DNA of 63,994 bases, the filler included, from Barthelona sp. PAP020 (taxonomy: Eukaryota): NCBI GenBank assembly GCA_040182905.1. It is 3 parts of 3 records of this genome, joined end to end, with 100 filler letters (N's around TTAATTAATTAA, not from the genome) between each part and the next. Parts side by side here need not be neighbours in the genome. Positions count along the whole stretch, not along the records: positions 50,679 to 63,994 come from JARQWU010000329.1; 2 more parts are not named here. One strand, given 5' to 3'. This document shows positions 62,986 to 63,994 of the stretch, in pieces. The notes beneath the pieces are model-generated. The model made no database searches. It was not told where the DNA came from and worked only from the letters and a program-made list of their open reading frames with translations. Numbering within the stretch: the stretch's first letter is position 1; every line of letters starts with the position of its first letter. A program made the translations under genes and the position numbers.

Positions 62986-63994
62986 TTATAAATCTGGAGA
63001 TAAAGAAAATGATACAGGTGATTTTGTTTCAGAAGAATGAGAAAAATTAGGAGAATTAGCTTCCAAAAGTTTCCCTGGCTGTAATTTTCGTAAATTATTC
63101 AAAAAAAGAGAAGTGTCATGTATTTCTTTCATTGAAATTGATACTGGAGAATTAACTTTCACTGGGTTGGTTTTTTCATTGTCATGAAAGCTTGTTTTCT
63201 TTTTTGTATTTTTCATACCTGAAATATCGCCAGTTTTCATATTCTTGAGAATATTCAAATTAAAGACAGAATTCTCAAAAGATTCTATGGTGTCTGATTT
63301 TGCCCGACTAAATACACAATCTTTGCATAAACAATTTTCGACATGATTGTTGTTTTTTGTTGTGCGATTCATTGATGGAATGGGTTTTTGAGTATTATAA
63401 TTAGTTTTATTGGAAATTCTACTGGAGAACACCATTGAATTTTTAATCAAAGTATTAGAAATGTTTGAAATTGGCTTCCTCTTTTCAGCAAGTGGTTTCT
63501 TTTTGATAAAACTTTCAATTTTTCCAACTTTTTGAACTTTTTGAACATTTTCAAATTTTTCTGTACCCTCAATTTTTTCATTGTTGTTGTCATTTTCAAC
63601 ATTCTTAAACAATTTAATCTTTTCAGTTTGAATTTTCTTTTTTTTTTCTGAATTCTTGTTCATTGGAGAATAATTATCAAAATTGATACTCTTCAACATT
63701 TCTTCATAATTATTCAACAAATCTTCGATGGAAAAAGGAATACTAACACTATTTAAATCTGTCTCTTTGAAATAATCAATTGAACTCTTGATTTCTTTCT
63801 GTGGTGATAACCATTTTTTCCTATATTCACTCAATAACCCTTTTTCACTTTGTTTAACAAAATTTTTCGAAAGTTTCTCGTCACTTATCATATAATCTGG
63901 CTCTTCAGATTCATCATCACCATCCAAATAGTTTTTGATTGTAACCACCTTTTGTTTGATTTGACTTAGCACATCAGGAGTGTCAAATTTTAAT
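62986..63994 (-). CDS. Low-complexity Lys/Asn/Ser-rich protein, 5' end outside window
   Basis: Frame stays open to the window edge; HVENCLCKDC motif; no recognised domain. Confidence 0.6.
   Translation of the reverse strand, partial: LKFDTPDVLSQIKQKVVTIKNYLDGDDESEEPDYMISDEKLSKNFVKQSEKGLLSEYRKKWLSPQKEIKSSIDYFKETDLNSVSIPFSIEDLLNNYEEMLKSINFDNYSPMNKNSEKKKKIQTEKIKLFKNVENDNNNEKIEGTEKFENVQKVQKVGKIESFIKKKPLAEKRKPISNISNTLIKNSMVFSSRISNKTNYNTQKPIPSMNRTTKNNNHVENCLCKDCVFSRAKSDTIESFENSVFNLNILKNMKTGDISGMKNTKKKTSFHDNEKTNPVKVNSPVSISMKEIHDTSLFLNNLRKLQPGKLLEANSPNFSHSSETKSPVSFSLSPDL

Noticed and set aside
1..63994. Alternative genetic code or prokaryotic/viral origin
   Set aside because: Conserved eukaryotic genes translate full length in the standard code; TAA, TAG and TGA all end genes; spliceosomal introns are present.

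Overview
Gene-dense, AT-rich, intron-poor eukaryotic DNA from a flagellated protist (IFT140, IFT57, GAS8/DRC4, IQCG/DRC9, RIIa/EF-hand radial-spoke-like protein); standard genetic code. Two artificial N44-TTAATTAATTAA-N44 spacers split the window into three contigs. About 35 CDS: housekeeping (FEN1, SEC12, TTC27, LIN9, GPN3, eIF3d, RAMP4, NAP/SET, TOPBP1-like, copine, kinesin-13) and accessory (kinase-WD40, WD40, ankyrin, GH18, a GT2 pair). Signals missed by the ORF track: (1) a highly divergent U6 snRNA-like gene (minus strand, about 25609-25720) with ACAAAGA in place of ACAGAGA and a covaried internal stem-loop; (2) four 40-41 nt GT-AG introns with CTAAC branch points, two flanking a 6-nt micro-exon that encodes the P-loop Gly-Lys of GPN3; (3) a WD40 protein and an ankyrin protein sharing an unrecognised 63-aa C-terminal module, each lying between copies of a palindrome-rich dispersed repeat of about 320 bp, suggesting a modular, possibly mobile binder-plus-adaptor system. 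Calls come from reading motifs by eye; no database search was run.
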